A stretch of 64,000 bases of DNA, from IMG/VR virus record IMGVR_UViG_3300045988_130114, positions 12,650-76,649 of that record; one strand, 5' to 3'. How positions within the stretch are numbered: the stretch's first letter is position 1; each line of letters opens with the position of its first letter. Positions 35,768-44,996 of the stretch are shown here, piece by piece. This DNA is from a virus. Both the position numbers and the translations under genes were made by a program. Below the pieces are notes generated by a model. That model was not told where the DNA came from. It was given only the letters and a program-made list of their open reading frames with translations, and did no database searches.

Positions 35768-38700
35768 ATGGCAATACTAAGTAACGGTAAGTTCTACGGA
35801 TTTCTTTGTTCTGTGAAAGCGACAGGACGTAAGTTGTCGAACGGCGTAAAGGAATACGTCGAAGACTTCGTGTCCGGATTTGCCGGTCATGGATGGAAGC
35901 TGTGGGAGTATATCAAGGGCAAATGGAAGCTGGAGATAGACAGTCTTGTTGTTCGCGAGACAATGGTCGTTTTTGAGCTTCTTATTCAGAAGATCCGCGC
36001 GGTGAAGGGTGCACTGGGTATCACTCAGGCATGCGGCCGTATAAAGACTGCCACGCTGGATGAGTCCGGACAAAACTGGCTGGTCACCATAGAGGATGAG
36101 ATGTCTTTTGTCGCACACGATTTCATCCGGTGCCAGGATTGGACGAATGGTACCCTTAAAGGCTATTGGGTCGAGATATCCGAAATACGCAAGATTGACG
36201 GTGTTGATACAATCGTCATACCTGTCAGTGAGTTCACCGGCGGTATAGGTTACACAGACGGCATGGAGGCTGTTGATCCGGCATTGTCGGGTATGACTAC
36301 TCCGGCTGTCAGTGATGAGATTGTCCAGTTCGGTAACTCGAAGGATGTAAATCGTCAGAGTGCGATCTATCTGCATGCCGATGAAGGTGGACAGCCTGCA
36401 ATCGATATTCTGTTTGGTATCAACAGCAAAAGTTTTGCCGGTTGTACGAAAATCCGTATGGGCGGTGATATTCCCGGAACAGACGGGCTTAAGGGTTTCT
36501 ATTGCGAAAATGGTATGATCAAAGGTACAGACTCTAAAGGGCATGTCGTTTACTGTATCTATCCGGACGGTACTGCTGAGTTTGGAGACGGATCAGCCCG
36601 ATTTGCTACAGATAGATCAGGTCACATAGCCGGAGGTGCCATTTCGTGGTATTGGGACGCATCGAAAAAAAAATATGTGTGCTCCATGAAGGGAGTGGTT
36701 CTAACGTGGGATAATCTGGACGAGGAAGCAAAGGAGAATCTAAAGGGCGAACCGGGTAAAGATGGACAGCCCGGTACGGATGGCAAACCGGGTACTGACG
36801 GTAAAGACGGTACAAGCCTCATTTTTATGGGGGAATTCTCTTCTGCTCCGGCAAATCCTCAGAACGGATACTGGTATCGTAATACTACCGACAAGAAATG
36901 CTACGTATACCAGGATGGCGCATGGTATGTGATGACTGAGGATGGAAAGAATGGTCTTGACGGCGAAGGAAGTATTTCTGCTGATCTTGACGATGAAATG
37001 CAGTCTGTAGCTTGCTCTCTGGACGGGACAGTGGTATTCGGTTTGCCCATCACAACAACATTCTCTATGTTCTACGGAACAACCGAGCTTCCTCTTGATT
37101 CTCTTTCTGTAGGTAGCATTACAGGCGTGACAGCAACGGCTGATCGTAGCACGGGGATAGTTAAGGTTACAGCTATTACTGCTACGGTGGCTGATGTAAT
37201 TCGTATACCCATAACGGGACGGGTAACATACAAAGGTTCTCAATATGAACGTACCCTGCATTTATCGATAAACAAAGTGAAGCCGGGGGAGAATGGAGAG
37301 AATGGGACCGACGGAACAAATGGTCAGAACGCGGTCATTTACTCGCTTCAGCCATCGACCAATATCATAAAGAGAGATGCTGACGGGAACAGTGATGTCT
37401 CGAATATATCCTGCCGGGTAATGAAGACCGACGGAGCTTCTACTGTCGTATCCTCTCTGCCGGTTGGCTACTCAATGGATTATATTATAGACTCAGGGAA
37501 TGCGACTAGCTATACTCCGGATAAGCAAATATCCGTCTCCGGGATAACAGATAAGATACAGTTCCGGCTTTACAATGAAACATCGGGAGTAGTACTGATC
37601 GACCGCGAAACGATTGCTGTTGTCTCAGACGGGAAGAAGGGGCTTGACGGTATAAATGGTGAAGATGGTAAAGACGGGCTCAGTATTACGTGGAAAGGGG
37701 ATTTATCAAGCGCTCCTGCCAATCCTCAAAAAAACTGGGCTTATCGCAATACCAGTAATGGTATCGTCTATATCTATAACGGCACCGCTTGGGAGTTGAT
37801 GGTTGCGGACGGTCAGGACGGAACAGATGGTACTGACGGCACGGATGGCCTGAGTGTTTTCATTACATACCATGACAGCGAAGATGAGCCATCCCGTCCG
37901 ACCGGAAGCGGGACAAGCGGAGGATGGCATACTAACGCTACAAAAGATGTTGTCTGGATTTCTCAGAAGGTCGCTTCAAGCGCTTCTTCCGGCACATGGG
38001 GTGATCCTATACGATTCAAGGGATTGCCGGGAAAATATACGGAACTACGGTATAAGTATGCTTTCGGAAAGCCTGCTACGCCTACCGGTACAAATCCGGC
38101 AGGATGGTCCCTTTCTCCGGATCGGGAGGATATTACCTTCTCGTATTCGGGTAACTTTACAAAAGACGGTGATTACTATGTCTCTCCATCTCCTACATCT
38201 CATTCCTCGACATACAAGCAAAGGGTGTCATTTACGACAAGAAGAGCTAATCAGATGATACATATAGAGATTGATGTATCATCCGAGCAGAACTACGACA
38301 AAGGTATCGTAGAAGCCCTTGATACATCATATAGCAGTTCCAACGAACATGCCTGGGAGGGAAGTGGAGTAACCAATGCGGTGGTGGATATTGCAGTGCC
38401 TACAGCCGGCAGTCACTTTGTTGAAATTGTATACACGAAAGACAGCAGCACAAGTAATAACGAGGACAGAGTCAAGTTCCGTATGCTCGATCCTACTACC
38501 TGTTGGTATTCCACCGCAGTGATTGATAGTAAAACAACTCCTTCCTGGAGCGAACCTGTCATATTCCCAACGGACTCCAAGACCGAGGAGCAGGTTTACC
38601 TGCTTGCAAAGTCTAAGCGTAATGTTATTGACCTCCCGACATCCAACGAATACGTTAACGAATACATTGGTGATGCTTCTGAATACAGTAGCTCAAAATT

Positions 38701-39982
38701 CTATTCGGCAGGTAACATAGTAAAATACAATAATGTATACAAGGTAGCTATTCAGGCGCATTCGGGGATTGCTCCGACCAATGAAGCATACTGGGAAGAT
38801 GTGCTATGGTGGGTGGATAATCCTCGTGGCGCATCGGAAACTTATCCTTATGAGTACACTTGTGAACGTACTCTACAGGATGGAAAGTGGGGAGAGTATA
38901 AGAATTATCACCTGTTTGGGCATTACGGGAAGGACGGCGAACCGGGAGAGGATGCAAATCTCCTTCCCTGGGTAGAAGATTGGAACAATAATAAAACAGA
39001 AATAGGTGGAGAATACCTTATTTCACCTAAGATATTTTCTGGAACCAAGGATAGCAGTGGGAAACTGACCGGTATTGCATTAGGAAGAGATTGTATTACA
39101 GTCGATGGAGAGAAAAGAACGGGAATCTTTGCTCTTGTGGGTGGAAATATTGTATTTAAACTTGACCCAATATCCGAAGAGTATGAGTTTCAGGGTAGTG
39201 TGGTGGCAGATTCAATTACAATGAAAGATTTTGCACATCTTTCACAGGCTATATTTAAAGGAGACTTTATGTTCTCTCAACAAGGAATAGATGCTGATGG
39301 GAATCCAACCTCCAATTATCAAGAATTTAATCAGGAAAATCCGCAGGGTGGGAATTTTAAACCTAATCTGGCATTCAATCTTAAAACAGGGGATCAATAT
39401 TCGAATGGGGGACATGTATATGGATTTGCGACCAATACTCCTATACAAGCTAATGGTACTTCAGTAGATCCCGACAAGGTTGCTTACAGTAAAGTGAACA
39501 TATTATTTAGCGGAACTTCTTCCTTGCGTTTGCCTAATGATAAGAAGTTTGATGGAGTTGAATTCACAATTGTAAGTACTGCTTCCCGATCATTTGATGG
39601 TAGTGCAAATATTTATAGGGAAGGTGGAGGAGATACTAATTACTCAGCTACAGGTATACACTACAAAGGTGTAGAAATTAGGACGTGCTATATGAGATCG
39701 GAAGGGTCATTTATAAGGTTGATCGCTCATTGGAACGGTTCTAAATTAAAATATTACGTAGTCGGTCATAGTGATAATTTTGTCATGATTGAGCCTATTT
39801 TAAACACTCAAGGAGCAAGTGCAACACTGGGTATATGGTTTGTAGATCGAGTTTATACATCAAGTACTAGCATGCGAGTCTATTATAACGATATTAATTT
39901 ATTCTTATTTATGCTCAACGTGTATAGTGGAAAAGACGCTCCTAATACTGGTGGTTTAAACTTTACTTCTCCAAGTAGTTGA
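35768..39982 (+). CDS. tail fibre protein with collagen-like repeats
   Basis: 1404 aa. Gly-X-Y runs (GEPGKDGQPGTDGKPGTDGKDG, GINGEDGKDG, GQDGTDGTDGTDG) are each followed by a repeated SSAPANPQ...YRNT module. Confidence 0.7.
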   Translation: MAILSNGKFYGFLCSVKATGRKLSNGVKEYVEDFVSGFAGHGWKLWEYIKGKWKLEIDSLVVRETMVVFELLIQKIRAVKGALGITQACGRIKTATLDESGQNWLVTIEDEMSFVAHDFIRCQDWTNGTLKGYWVEISEIRKIDGVDTIVIPVSEFTGGIGYTDGMEAVDPALSGMTTPAVSDEIVQFGNSKDVNRQSAIYLHADEGGQPAIDILFGINSKSFAGCTKIRMGGDIPGTDGLKGFYCENGMIKGTDSKGHVVYCIYPDGTAEFGDGSARFATDRSGHIAGGAISWYWDASKKKYVCSMKGVVLTWDNLDEEAKENLKGEPGKDGQPGTDGKPGTDGKDGTSLIFMGEFSSAPANPQNGYWYRNTTDKKCYVYQDGAWYVMTEDGKNGLDGEGSISADLDDEMQSVACSLDGTVVFGLPITTTFSMFYGTTELPLDSLSVGSITGVTATADRSTGIVKVTAITATVADVIRIPITGRVTYKGSQYERTLHLSINKVKPGENGENGTDGTNGQNAVIYSLQPSTNIIKRDADGNSDVSNISCRVMKTDGASTVVSSLPVGYSMDYIIDSGNATSYTPDKQISVSGITDKIQFRLYNETSGVVLIDRETIAVVSDGKKGLDGINGEDGKDGLSITWKGDLSSAPANPQKNWAYRNTSNGIVYIYNGTAWELMVADGQDGTDGTDGTDGLSVFITYHDSEDEPSRPTGSGTSGGWHTNATKDVVWISQKVASSASSGTWGDPIRFKGLPGKYTELRYKYAFGKPATPTGTNPAGWSLSPDREDITFSYSGNFTKDGDYYVSPSPTSHSSTYKQRVSFTTRRANQMIHIEIDVSSEQNYDKGIVEALDTSYSSSNEHAWEGSGVTNAVVDIAVPTAGSHFVEIVYTKDSSTSNNEDRVKFRMLDPTTCWYSTAVIDSKTTPSWSEPVIFPTDSKTEEQVYLLAKSKRNVIDLPTSNEYVNEYIGDASEYSSSKFYSAGNIVKYNNVYKVAIQAHSGIAPTNEAYWEDVLWWVDNPRGASETYPYEYTCERTLQDGKWGEYKNYHLFGHYGKDGEPGEDANLLPWVEDWNNNKTEIGGEYLISPKIFSGTKDSSGKLTGIALGRDCITVDGEKRTGIFALVGGNIVFKLDPISEEYEFQGSVVADSITMKDFAHLSQAIFKGDFMFSQQGIDADGNPTSNYQEFNQENPQGGNFKPNLAFNLKTGDQYSNGGHVYGFATNTPIQANGTSVDPDKVAYSKVNILFSGTSSLRLPNDKKFDGVEFTIVSTASRSFDGSANIYREGGGDTNYSATGIHYKGVEIRTCYMRSEGSFIRLIAHWNGSKLKYYVVGHSDNFVMIEPILNTQGASATLGIWFVDRVYTSSTSMRVYYNDINLFLFMLNVYSGKDAPNTGGLNFTSPSS

Positions 39983-40024
39983 GTTTTGTTCAATGTATAA
40001 CAACAAAGAATCAAGATAATATAT

Positions 40025-40321
40025 ATGCGAGCAAAAGGTACAATAATCAAGTTGGCAATCTCCATCGACCTCCCTTCAGGACTGACGATGGATGATGTGG
40101 ACTTCCAATGCCGCTTCTTTGTCTTCTCCGCCTCACAGGTGATAGAGAAGTCTCAGATGGTACGCATTAATGAGAACAGCTACAGCTGCTATGTTGACAC
40201 TAAGATTATCGGATCGGGGGAAATCTGGCTGGAGACTACGGCTTACCTTCCTGATTCCGACTATGAAGGCGGAACAAGAGTAGAGGTAGATAAGATGAAT
40301 ACCGGTATAAAGACAGTGTAA
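40025..40321 (+). CDS. hypothetical structural protein
   Basis: 98-aa ORF in the fibre region. Confidence 0.4.
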   Translation: MRAKGTIIKLAISIDLPSGLTMDDVDFQCRFFVFSASQVIEKSQMVRINENSYSCYVDTKIIGSGEIWLETTAYLPDSDYEGGTRVEVDKMNTGIKTV

Positions 40322-40322
40322 A

Positions 40323-40571
40323 ATGGGATGTATATCTGTACATATCGAGGCTGTCAAGGGCATTGGAAATGTCTCGGCCAAAGCTGATGAGATGAAGGTT
40401 TCCGCTTCGGCAACGGGCATGAAGGTGTCGATAGGGGTTGTCTGTGATGTTGGTAAACAGGCTTATCTAAAAGTTGACCCTGATTACATATGGCTGGTGC
40501 CTTCGAACAACTTTGAGGATAACGTCGATGTGTTGTCCAATGTGGTATGGCATGCTGTGCAGGAAGAATGA
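40323..40571 (+). CDS. hypothetical protein
   Basis: 82-aa ORF. Confidence 0.35.
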   Translation: MGCISVHIEAVKGIGNVSAKADEMKVSASATGMKVSIGVVCDVGKQAYLKVDPDYIWLVPSNNFEDNVDVLSNVVWHAVQEE

Positions 40572-40611
40572 TATAGTTAATTGATTTGTTTTATTTAAAT
40601 TTTGTATTATT

Positions 40612-41220
40612 ATGGCAAAACCTAGTTGGTTAAAATTAAATCCGTCTACCGGATCAGGTAACGGGACAATTGCAAATAGCGCAGACGCTCACACTGGGCG
40701 TACTGCTCGTACAGGAACAGTAACGGTGACCGGTGTCGGTGTATCCACTCCTTCGACCTATAAGGTAACTCAGTCACCGAAGTCTGAGTTTGCTTCCTTT
40801 GATAATGGTTCTGAGATGTCTGCTCCTAAAACAGCAGGAACAGTGACCGTCGAGGGTAAAACAAACTCTTCGAAATTGACGTTTGCGTGGGCGGGAAGCG
40901 TAACAGATGTTACCTTGCCTGCAAAGTATAGCGCGAATGGAACGCAGATTAACAATGCGGCTACTATTACCGGTGACCCGGGAGCTACTGCGGAATTTCC
41001 TTTCTCTATCGAGTTGGAGTTTCCTAAAAACGATACTATCGAAGAGGTCGTTAGAACCTTAAAGGTGACGGCCAATGGCGGACAGGCTGCTCAGATTGCT
41101 ATCAAACAGGCTGCCGGTGATGCTACATTGTCTGTTTCTCCGGCGGAAATTACTATTCCTCAGAGTGGATCTGCTGTATCCGTCAATGTTACGTCTAACA
41201 CTTCTTGGACTGCCGCATAA
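40612..41220 (+). CDS. BACON-like domain protein
   Basis: ...GRTARTGTVTVTG...STYKVTQS and ...SVSPAEITIPQSGSAVSVNVTSNTSWTA resemble BACON repeats. Confidence 0.45.
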   Translation: MAKPSWLKLNPSTGSGNGTIANSADAHTGRTARTGTVTVTGVGVSTPSTYKVTQSPKSEFASFDNGSEMSAPKTAGTVTVEGKTNSSKLTFAWAGSVTDVTLPAKYSANGTQINNAATITGDPGATAEFPFSIELEFPKNDTIEEVVRTLKVTANGGQAAQIAIKQAAGDATLSVSPAEITIPQSGSAVSVNVTSNTSWTAA

Positions 41221-41492
41221 TGAGCATGCAAATTCCTTGGAAAGAAGGAGAAGGCAACATCGTTATCACTCCCGGTTCAAATGGAACCGCAAGCGTGTCA
41301 AGCGATGTTGCCAACGAAGGACTTGACAGGGAGCAGACTGTTGTGTTTAGGACAACTAATAGTGGAGTACAGGCATCTGTCTCCACTACCATCTCCCAAA
41401 TAGGCAAGAGACAGGCATTTGCTGTTGCTGAAGGACGTTTCTTGTTGTCAGATGGAAGTACGTTTAATGTGATTAAAAAAGAGTTTGCATGA
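41220..41492 (+). CDS. small BACON-like domain protein
   Basis: EGNIVITPGSNGT...GLDREQTVVFRTTN...VSTTISQ. The ATG overlaps the preceding TAA. Confidence 0.35.
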   Translation: MSMQIPWKEGEGNIVITPGSNGTASVSSDVANEGLDREQTVVFRTTNSGVQASVSTTISQIGKRQAFAVAEGRFLLSDGSTFNVIKKEFA

Positions 41493-41890
41493 GTGATTAT
41501 AATAGCGGATTTACAGGGGATAGAGTTGTAGAATTGCTGAACATGATTCCCGACTTGGCAAAGGCAGACTTGTCTAACGCTATGACTGTATCCTTGGGCA
41601 TGAACGGATATGCTAAGTTTAATAATGGTTTATTGATTCAGTGGGGATACAAGTCAAGCTCAAGCAACGACACCTATGTGTATTTACCACTATCATTTTA
41701 TAATACCAGTTATGTTCCTGTGATTACCTACTACGAACCGGGCAGCGGTATGAATGTTGTTTCTGGTTTTATAATATCGGTAGGTACAAACCTTTTTAGA
41801 ATGCGTAGTAGATATACCGTTGGGGATAGTAATGGTACTGGCGCGGGAACTAATCCTTTTTATTGGATAGCCGTTGGGCGTTGGAAATAA
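41489..41890 (+). CDS. tail fibre C-terminal (gp53-like) domain protein
   Basis: NGYAKFNNGLLIQWGY...YVYLPLSFYNTSY pattern. Confidence 0.45.
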   Translation: MSDYNSGFTGDRVVELLNMIPDLAKADLSNAMTVSLGMNGYAKFNNGLLIQWGYKSSSSNDTYVYLPLSFYNTSYVPVITYYEPGSGMNVVSGFIISVGTNLFRMRSRYTVGDSNGTGAGTNPFYWIAVGRWK

Positions 41891-41898
41891 ATAATATT

Positions 41899-42432
41899 AT
41901 GGCAAAATATTGGAAACAAGGATTCTACGATGAGCCACAAGAAGGTTCAGTAGAGATAACGGAAGAATACTGGCAGGAGTTGCTGGACGGTCAGTCATCC
42001 GGAAAGGAAATAAGGGAGAACGAAAGCGGCTATCCCGTATTGGTTGATCATGAGTATACCCTTGATGAACTAAAAGAGATGAAGATAGCGGATATTAATG
42101 CTTATGACAAGTCAGACGCTGTGAATTCATTCACTCTCTCCGGAAAGAGAATGTGGCTTACCAAAGAGGACCGCGTAGGTCTTGTTAACTCAATCAATAT
42201 TGAGAAGCAGGCCGGAAGACTGGATACCGTTTTATGGTTTGATGCGGTAAAGTATACGATACCTGTTTCAAGTGCTCTCCTTATGCTGAACTCATTAGAG
42301 TTATATGCTCTTGATTGCTATAATGTGACGCAGCAGCATATTGCTTTCGTTCGGGGATTGCAGACGGGAGAGGAAGTCGAGTCTTACAACTACAAGACCG
42401 GTTATCCGAATAAACTAGAGTTTTCATTATAA
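41899..42432 (+). CDS. DUF4376-like tail fibre assembly/accessory protein
   Basis: MAKYWKQGFYDE...IADINAYDKSDAVNSFTLSGKRMWL. Internal ATG 41899. Confidence 0.45.
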   Translation: MAKYWKQGFYDEPQEGSVEITEEYWQELLDGQSSGKEIRENESGYPVLVDHEYTLDELKEMKIADINAYDKSDAVNSFTLSGKRMWLTKEDRVGLVNSINIEKQAGRLDTVLWFDAVKYTIPVSSALLMLNSLELYALDCYNVTQQHIAFVRGLQTGEEVESYNYKTGYPNKLEFSL

Positions 42433-42444
42433 ACAGATAAAACT

Positions 42445-42942
42445 ATGATTTTGGCAATACTATCATTATTGGTTTTCGCATCTTATGTTGGTGTGATGAT
42501 TTACAAGACAAAGGGTATCCCTTATTCTATTTCCGATACCTATTACATTCTGAGTAACAGGTATTGGTTCGGTATATGCATGATTCTCCCGTCTTTGTTG
42601 TTGCTTCCGGCCGCATTGGATGCAAGTACAGAAAACAGTCAGTTCCTGATCTTTCTTTCTGTAGCCGGAATGATTGTATTGGGAGTATCCCCGAATTTTA
42701 AAGGAGCACACAAGAAAGCTCATATAGCCGGCGCGGTGATGTCGCTTGTATTCTCCCAAATATGGGTAGGATGCAATTCGTGGTATTGGCTGCTGCTATG
42801 GGCTGCATTTCTGATCTACGCGATAACGTTTGTAGTCAAGAATTGGTCCGGAAACCTTATATGGGACCTGACGGCATGCAAATCGATGTTCTGGATTGAG
42901 TTAATTTCATTGCTAACCGTTTACTTGACTTGTTTGCTATGA
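42445..42942 (+). CDS. multi-pass membrane protein
   Basis: Five or so hydrophobic segments. Confidence 0.45.
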   Translation: MILAILSLLVFASYVGVMIYKTKGIPYSISDTYYILSNRYWFGICMILPSLLLLPAALDASTENSQFLIFLSVAGMIVLGVSPNFKGAHKKAHIAGAVMSLVFSQIWVGCNSWYWLLLWAAFLIYAITFVVKNWSGNLIWDLTACKSMFWIELISLLTVYLTCLL

Positions 42943-43391
42943 AGGAAGCTATAGTACATACAACTACAGGCGGATTTGCGGCAATCGCTACCGCATTTGT
43001 TTCCGAGTCATTGCAGAATATGATTCCGTGGCTGATTGTATCATGCGCGGTAATCCTTTGTGATCTTCTCTTCGGTGTCAGAAAAAGTATGCTAATGGGT
43101 GAAAAAGTCAGATTCTCTCGTGCAATTCGCGCTACTATGGGAAAGATGGTTACTTATTTTGCTTTTGTCTGCATGGTCTGCATGATCACTGTGGCAAGTC
43201 ATAGCGAATATCCTATCGATGTATATTCCTGCTTATTGGTATGCTTTATTGAAGGGTGTTCGATTGTCGGCAATATATTGAAACCAAAGGGGATCAATAT
43301 AAATGTAATTGGAGCTTTGGGAGTCTTTGGAAAGAAGGTGTTCAAGGTTGATAAAGAAGATGTGAAGGAGATTATAGAAAAGGAGAAGTAA
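42930..43391 (+). CDS. holin (phage_holin_4-like)
   Basis: Several TM segments and ...FIEGCSIVGNILKPKG, as in the toxin-secretion/phage-lysis holin family. Lies near the endolysin. Confidence 0.55.
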   Translation: MFAMKEAIVHTTTGGFAAIATAFVSESLQNMIPWLIVSCAVILCDLLFGVRKSMLMGEKVRFSRAIRATMGKMVTYFAFVCMVCMITVASHSEYPIDVYSCLLVCFIEGCSIVGNILKPKGININVIGALGVFGKKVFKVDKEDVKEIIEKEK

Positions 43392-43399
43392 GTATGAAT

Positions 43400-43852
43400 T
43401 TATACACTATTATTTATGTTCTTCCCTTTTTGCTTTTTATCATACTCTATGCATTTGCGGAGAATAAGCCCAAAAATGGCAAAAGGAGTGTAAAGAATCG
43501 CAGAAGCTTGAAGAAACGTAGTTAAAGCATGTTCATATCCTAGGATGTAATCTGAAGGAGATATAAGTAATTTAGACGATGTCACTAATATGGGAAGAAT
43601 TAGTATAAAGGCTTCTAGTTTGTATCTTCTTTTTGATATAGAAGAACATAGACATAACCATATAAAAGAAAAGTAAATGGATAATATAGAAGAAGTTGCC
43701 GTAAATATGATTTGCAAATATACATCGAGAGATTTAAACTCTGGTATATATAAATACAAAATAGAAAAGCATAGTGGCAGTTGTATGCAAAATCCTGTAA
43801 ATACATTCTTTTGTTCAGCGTTATAGCTTTTTATTAATTCTGAAATATCCAT
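43400..43852 (-). CDS. membrane protein (reverse-strand moron in the lysis cassette)
   Basis: 150 aa, about 4 TM segments, AT-rich. Confidence 0.45.
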   Translation of the reverse strand: MDISELIKSYNAEQKNVFTGFCIQLPLCFSILYLYIPEFKSLDVYLQIIFTATSSILSIYFSFIWLCLCSSISKRRYKLEAFILILPILVTSSKLLISPSDYILGYEHALTTFLQASAILYTPFAIFGLILRKCIEYDKKQKGKNINNSV

Positions 43853-43896
43853 AGGTGTATCATTTTTTGCAAAAGTAATAAATTATAAAATAGAAA

Positions 43897-44166
43897 ATGA
43901 ATATGATAAATAAAATCAGCGCACTAGCCGGCAAGCTTCTATCCATGATAGGCATAGACGGCATGGTCCACATTATAGTATGCCAGAATTTGGTTATGTG
44001 GCTATCAAAATATATTCCGCTATGGTTAGCGGTCGCTATAACCGTTGCGATCTTTATTCTGAAGGAAATATACGACAAGTATTGTAAGAAAAGCGAGTTT
44101 TCCATCAAGGATATTATCTGTGATTGCGGAGGTTTGGCGTTGGGAGTATTAACATTAATTTTATAG
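43897..44166 (+). CDS. small membrane protein (holin/antiholin-like)
   Basis: 89 aa with 2-3 TM segments, directly upstream of the endolysin. Confidence 0.45.
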   Translation: MNMINKISALAGKLLSMIGIDGMVHIIVCQNLVMWLSKYIPLWLAVAITVAIFILKEIYDKYCKKSEFSIKDIICDCGGLALGVLTLIL

Positions 44167-44178
44167 GAGGAAACATAT

Positions 44179-44697
44179 ATGGCAGATGTGAAGAAATTGG
44201 CACCGTTTATTCTAAAATGGGAAGGCGGTTTCGTTAATGATCCGGATGATTTGGGAGGTGCTACTAATATGGGTGTAACAATCGCTACCTATGAGGCGTA
44301 TTGTAGAAAGAAAGGCTATCCTAAACCGACTATAGAGAGACTAAAGAATCTTTCCAAGGAGGAATGGACAGAGATATTGAAAACTATGTACTGGGATAGA
44401 TGGAAGGCAGACGAGATCAAGTCTCAGTCGGTCGCTAATATTTTAGTTGATTGGATATGGGCCTCCGGTATTCATGGTATCAAGATTCCGCAGGAATTGG
44501 TTGGTGTAATGCCGGACGGAATTGTCGGACCAAAAACTATAGCGGCAGTTAATTCTAAGAATCCACGCGAGTTATTCGATCGTATCAAGATTGCCCGCTT
44601 CGATTTTATAGAAGATATCTGCCGGAAGCGTCCCGCAAACAACAAGTTCAAACGCGGATGGTTGAACAGAGTTAACGATATCAAATTTGAATCATAA
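44179..44697 (+). CDS. endolysin, GH108 lysozyme with PG-binding domain
   Basis: [25 protein letters not shown] signature. Confidence 0.85.
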   Translation: MADVKKLAPFILKWEGGFVNDPDDLGGATNMGVTIATYEAYCRKKGYPKPTIERLKNLSKEEWTEILKTMYWDRWKADEIKSQSVANILVDWIWASGIHGIKIPQELVGVMPDGIVGPKTIAAVNSKNPRELFDRIKIARFDFIEDICRKRPANNKFKRGWLNRVNDIKFES

Positions 44698-44714
44698 TAA
44701 GAGGAGGAACAATC

Positions 44715-44996
44715 ATGAAATCAACAGTTATAACCTTCACAAAGGGTGAGAAGAATTATGTAAGCGATGCCGTTCAGGTAAATTCTGCGGAAGTAGGATT
44801 GCAGATTACATTTGAAAAAGGCGGTAAACTTTGGGTGTATATAAGCTATGACGGGCAGAATTACTCTTCAGTGGACAGCAGAAACTACACAAAAGACTTT
44901 GCTCGTTCGATTGTCGGTTGTATCCCTGGACAGTATCTCAAAATCGAATGTGAAACAGAACCGGTAAAGGCTTCTATCTTTGAATCGGAAGAATAA
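44715..44996 (+). CDS. hypothetical protein
   Basis: 93-aa ORF. Confidence 0.4.
   Translation: MKSTVITFTKGEKNYVSDAVQVNSAEVGLQITFEKGGKLWVYISYDGQNYSSVDSRNYTKDFARSIVGCIPGQYLKIECETEPVKASIFESEE

Noticed and set aside
35777-37261. Long antisense ORFs opposite the fibre gene: 35777..36544 (-), 36740..37261 (-), 36606..36822 (-).
   Set aside because: They are embedded in a well-supported 1404-aa + strand gene in a GC-richer region where stop-free antisense frames arise by chance. The products are low-complexity, Arg/Cys-rich sequences.
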